DNA of 12,502 nucleotides, taken from Chthonomonas calidirosea. GTDB lineage: Bacteria; Armatimonadota; Fimbriimonadia; Fimbriimonadales; Fimbriimonadaceae. Shown here one piece after another: positions 9,517 to 12,502 of the stretch. Under the pieces are notes generated by a model. That model did no database searches. It saw nothing but the letters and a program-made list of their open reading frames with translations, and was not told the origin of the DNA. Every line of letters begins with the position of its first letter. The first letter of the stretch is position 1. The stretch is from NCBI GenBank assembly GCA_945859975.1, contig CAMAPH010000063.1:1-12502 (forward strand). The letters are read 5' to 3'. A program made the position numbers and the translations under genes.

Positions 9517-10659
9517 ATGAGTGACCGCGTGCTGGTGTTTGATACGACGTTGCGCGATGGGGAGCAGAGTCCGGGCGTTCGACTTTCGCTGGCCGACAAG
9601 TTGGAAATCGGGCAGCAGCTCGTTTCGCTGGGCGTTGACATCATCGAGGCGGGCTTCCCTATCTCGAGCCCCGGCGACTTTGAGAGCGTGAATCAGCTTG
9701 CAAAACAGCTTAAGGGCGTCACGATTTGCGGTCTGACGCGGGCTCGGCAGAAGGATATCGAGGTAGCGGCCGAGGCGTTGGCTCCGGCGGAGCGACGGCG
9801 AATCCATACCGGGCTCGGCGTGAGCGAGAACCACCTGCAGCACAAATTGCGAATGACCCGAGAGGAGGCGTTGGCTACCGGCGTTCAGGCAGTCAAGTGG
9901 GCGCGGCAGTTTACGGACGACGTTGAGTACTTCATGGAAGACTCGGGCCGGGCCGATTTGTCTTACGTTTACAAAGTCGTCGAGGAGGTCATCAAGGCCG
10001 GGGCGACGACGATTAACGTTCCGGATACGACCGGGTTTACCTATCCGAACGAGTACTACCACCTGATCAAGGGGATCATTGAGAACGTTCCGAACAGCGA
10101 CAAGGCCGTGTTTTCTTGTCACTGCCACAACGACCTCGGTATGGCCACGGCGAATACGCTGGCCGGCGTGATGGCCGGGGCGCGGCAGGTTGAGGTGACG
10201 GTCAACGGCATCGGCGAGCGGGCGGGCAACACTTCCCTAGAGGAGGTTGTGATGGCGCTGTACATTCGAAACGACAAATTCGGCGCTTCGACCGGGATCG
10301 ATACGACGCAGCTTCTTCCGACTTCCCGGATGGTCTCCCGGCTTTCGGGCATGGTGGTTCAGCGGAACAAGGCGATTGTCGGCGCAAATGCTTACGCCCA
10401 CAGCAGCGGCATTCACCAGGATGGCGTTTTGAAGGAACGCTCGACCTACGAAATCATCGACCCGAAGCTTGTCGGGGCCGAGAAGAGCGAGATCATCCTC
10501 ACCTCCAAGAGCGGTCGGCACGGCCTGAAGCACCGCTTGGCGGAACTCGGCTACAGCTTCAGCGACGAGCGGTTCGAAGAGATCTACGCGAACTTCATTA
10601 AGGTCGCGGACTCGAAGAGCGAAGTGAACGAGGATGATCTTCGCATCTTGGTAGCTTGA
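9517..10659 (+). CDS. leuA: 2-isopropylmalate synthase, short form (380 aa, no C-terminal regulatory domain)
   Basis: Motifs [44 protein letters not shown] and [13 protein letters not shown]. The start is MSDRVLVF at 9517 and the protein ends at DDLRILVA. Confidence 0.85.
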   Translation: MSDRVLVFDTTLRDGEQSPGVRLSLADKLEIGQQLVSLGVDIIEAGFPISSPGDFESVNQLAKQLKGVTICGLTRARQKDIEVAAEALAPAERRRIHTGLGVSENHLQHKLRMTREEALATGVQAVKWARQFTDDVEYFMEDSGRADLSYVYKVVEEVIKAGATTINVPDTTGFTYPNEYYHLIKGIIENVPNSDKAVFSCHCHNDLGMATANTLAGVMAGARQVEVTVNGIGERAGNTSLEEVVMALYIRNDKFGASTGIDTTQLLPTSRMVSRLSGMVVQRNKAIVGANAYAHSSGIHQDGVLKERSTYEIIDPKLVGAEKSEIILTSKSGRHGLKHRLAELGYSFSDERFEEIYANFIKVADSKSEVNEDDLRILVA

Positions 10660-10886
10660 ATCGGCCGCCTTCTTGGTCTGGATTCCGTCTAACTCTCTGC
10701 CAAGAGGAAAACAAACTTGGACGCCTGACAGTTGCAAAAGCGATTTAGAGCAACATCTCAGCGGTGTTATTCAAAGATTTCGACCATTTTTGCATCCGCG
10801 CAGGGCGTTTGAACGTCAGATCTTCACCCAATGGTACTGGCATGGCAATAGAATTCCAGACGATACAAAGTTTGCGGAAACGCGGG

Positions 10887-11678
10887 CTATGCCAAGGATT
10901 CCTGCGGCTCAATTGTTACTAGTACATGCGACAAATTGTCAGGAATGGATGGACGTATGTCGCGAGTAAGGGCGAGTCGCACATAGTCGGGTATGTCCCC
11001 ACGGTCTCGCTCAGGGACGAGGAAATCCTCGCCTGTTCCACGTCCTAGGTCGGCAAGCACTGCTGAGGCGCGTTGCACGAGACCACTCGCCTGAGGGCAA
11101 CAGGTCAGGCAAGACCATGGCCTACAATGCTGCAGAATATCGGGAACTTTCAAGTTGCCGCTGTTGATCTCACGGCGAATCGCTCGCGCATCTCCAATTG
11201 CGCACCCCATGCTTTGAACGGATTGCGAGTAGGTCCCACAGTTCCATTGCTTTAAATCGGTCGACTTGAGCCTAGTGCTGTAGAAGCAGTATAGCGGATA
11301 TGTTCGCGCGGCCAAAGCTTCCTTGATCAATAGATCAACCTGCCGTCCATGCCGATTGGATTCCTTTAATTGTTCAAAGCGACGGGACTTCAAGTAAAGT
11401 CGCTTCGCCTGAACCCGTATGCCCAGTACGCTTGTCCTCCCGATCAACCACCACTCCCAATCCGCCCCAGTTACTGCTTCTTTACGGCCCTGTTCTATGA
11501 CAATAGACTCAAGTGGGTTCAATGTTTGGATCGTCGTGAGATTGACAGCCGTCAACGCTGTCTCTGGGAATTGCAATTTACAGCGTGCCGCCTGATCCAT
11601 CAGCGCGTAAGTTGATAGTTCAAGGTTTCTCATTGTCGCGCAAAGTGACGTAGATGACCGGGAAGGCAGCGAATACAT
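10887..11678 (-). CDS. Hypothetical protein, DUF6615-like, predicted PD-(D/E)xK nuclease-like fold
   Basis: ETALT...EAVTGADWEWWL...IRVQAKRL...YPLYCFY gives an E...D...QxK arrangement. It has its own promoter-like boxes upstream, and its composition is less GC-biased than the neighbours. The family name is from recall, not from a search. Confidence 0.65.
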   Translation of the reverse strand: MYSLPSRSSTSLCATMRNLELSTYALMDQAARCKLQFPETALTAVNLTTIQTLNPLESIVIEQGRKEAVTGADWEWWLIGRTSVLGIRVQAKRLYLKSRRFEQLKESNRHGRQVDLLIKEALAARTYPLYCFYSTRLKSTDLKQWNCGTYSQSVQSMGCAIGDARAIRREINSGNLKVPDILQHCRPWSCLTCCPQASGLVQRASAVLADLGRGTGEDFLVPERDRGDIPDYVRLALTRDIRPSIPDNLSHVLVTIEPQESLA

Positions 11679-11722
11679 AACGTCTGTATAGTATCACTAG
11701 AAATGAAGGTTTACAATGTCAA
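11679..11722 (-). promoter_or_regulatory. Sigma70-like promoter of the DUF6615-like gene
   Basis: On the minus strand: TTGACA (11722-11717), TTGTAA (11716-11711), 17 nt, tgaTACTAT (-10 at 11693-11688), 9 nt, ATG. Confidence 0.6.
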
Positions 11723-11725
11723 CAC

Positions 11726-12502
11726 GGCTAAAACTAAAATGGGATCCTTCCATCAGACCGGACCGGATGTTTCCGCCGTCAACATTTCAATCAGAAGTTC
11801 GACGACGTTGTCGTTGTCACGCTGATTGAACCGGAATTCCATCTCTTTCATGCAGAGGGGAAAGTTCTTCTTGAATCCGCCGTGATACATTTTGAGCCTT
11901 CGCTTTGCGAAGCCCCAGAAGTTCTCGATGCCGTTGATGTGGTTTCGACCACTGGCGTAGACCTTCGAATGGTCGATTCTCTCGTGGTGAAATCCATCGA
12001 GACTGAGTTGGTTGTAAGCCGGGAACCGGTCGCTGTAGACCCAGCTTTGCGGCTCGACGTTCTCCAGAATGGCTGCCCGCAAGACGGGAGCCTTGACTGA
12101 CTCGGGGAAGACGACTCGAACCTCACCGCCGCGCTTTAGAAGCCCAAACACGGGGATCTTGCCGCCAGCGCCTCTGCCTCGCTTGCCCGGCCGGGCAGCG
12201 CCAAAGTACGACTCGTCAACTTCAACTTCGCCGCCAAGCGGAGTTGCAACGAGGGCCGACTCCTGGGCGATTCGAAGCCGCATTCGGTTGTAATGAGCAC
12301 AAACCGTCTTGTGGTTCAGCTTCAGATCCTTCGCCACTCGGCTGGCAGGAAGCAGCCAGAACAAGCGGGCAATCTCCTTCAGCTGAGCCCTCGTCAGCTT
12401 GCCGTTCCGAGACTTTGTCGTGTATTTCTTCCCACAGGCGACGCACTTGCGCCGTCCATCGCCCAGTTTGTAATGACGTTTCTCGCCACAACCCTTGCAG
12501 CC
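11726..12502 (-). mobile_element. IS1595-family insertion sequence (partial; other end outside the window)
   Basis: Contains an IS1595-type transposase. A candidate terminal IR starts GGCTAAAACTAAAATGGG at about 11726, 27 nt beyond the transposase stop. The boundary cannot be confirmed without the other end. Confidence 0.75.
11753..12502 (-). CDS. IS1595-family transposase (5' partial)
   Basis: Catalytic motifs EVEVDESYFG, GKRGRGAGGK, VYSD..AY, HINGIENFW..AKR and KEMEFRFN. The frame stays open upstream of 12364 to the window edge and encodes GCKGCGEKRHYKLGDGRRKCVACGKKY (zinc ribbon). Confidence 0.93.
   Translation of the reverse strand, partial: GCKGCGEKRHYKLGDGRRKCVACGKKYTTKSRNGKLTRAQLKEIARLFWLLPASRVAKDLKLNHKTVCAHYNRMRLRIAQESALVATPLGGEVEVDESYFGAARPGKRGRGAGGKIPVFGLLKRGGEVRVVFPESVKAPVLRAAILENVEPQSWVYSDRFPAYNQLSLDGFHHERIDHSKVYASGRNHINGIENFWGFAKRRLKMYHGGFKKNFPLCMKEMEFRFNQRDNDNVVELLIEMLTAETSGPV

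Noticed and set aside
9451..9644. ORF-track extensions of leuA (from 9451) and the NIL gene (from 9644)
   Set aside because: They would overlap each other head-to-head. Family-like sequence starts at 9517 and 9452, each with a -10 box just upstream.
9433..10737. Antisense ORFs (231 aa, 166 aa) opposite leuA
   Set aside because: These are typical antisense shadows of a GC-rich gene.
10673..10969. 98-aa + strand ORF after leuA, considered as a detached LeuA regulatory domain
   Set aside because: It has no resemblance to the LeuA allosteric domain, has a weak TTG start and overlaps the convergent gene.
12222..12491. 89-aa ORF suggesting a frameshifted two-ORF transposase
   Set aside because: The main transposase frame is open to the window end and encodes the zinc ribbon, so no frameshift is needed.

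Overview
Bacterial chromosomal window, about 58-60% GC by eye. The gene content, notably a DUF1559-type prepilin-like gene with the 'AILAAILFPVFAQA' N-terminus plus kdsA and a Bacillus-type sdhB, suggests an Armatimonadota/Fimbriimonadia-like diderm (inference only). From left to right: the 3' end of lysS (+); feoA-feoB (-); a translationally coupled wecG/tagA-like - pduO-type adenosyltransferase - LolA-like secreted protein unit (-); a prepilin-type N-methylation protein (+) preceded by a long UUCG-capped stem-loop; a stand-alone sdhB coupled to kdsA (+); a NIL-domain - CE7 esterase - GT4 unit (-); a short-form leuA lacking the regulatory domain (+); then an accessory end with a PD-(D/E)xK-like DUF6615-type gene and an IS1595-family transposase that runs off the window. 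The most notable unexplained signals are the structured leader of the prepilin-like gene, repeated -10 boxes directly upstream of start codons (leaderless-type expression), kb-scale synonymous-site skew that ignores gene orientation, and the putative nuclease next to the IS. No CRISPR array, rRNA or tRNA was seen.
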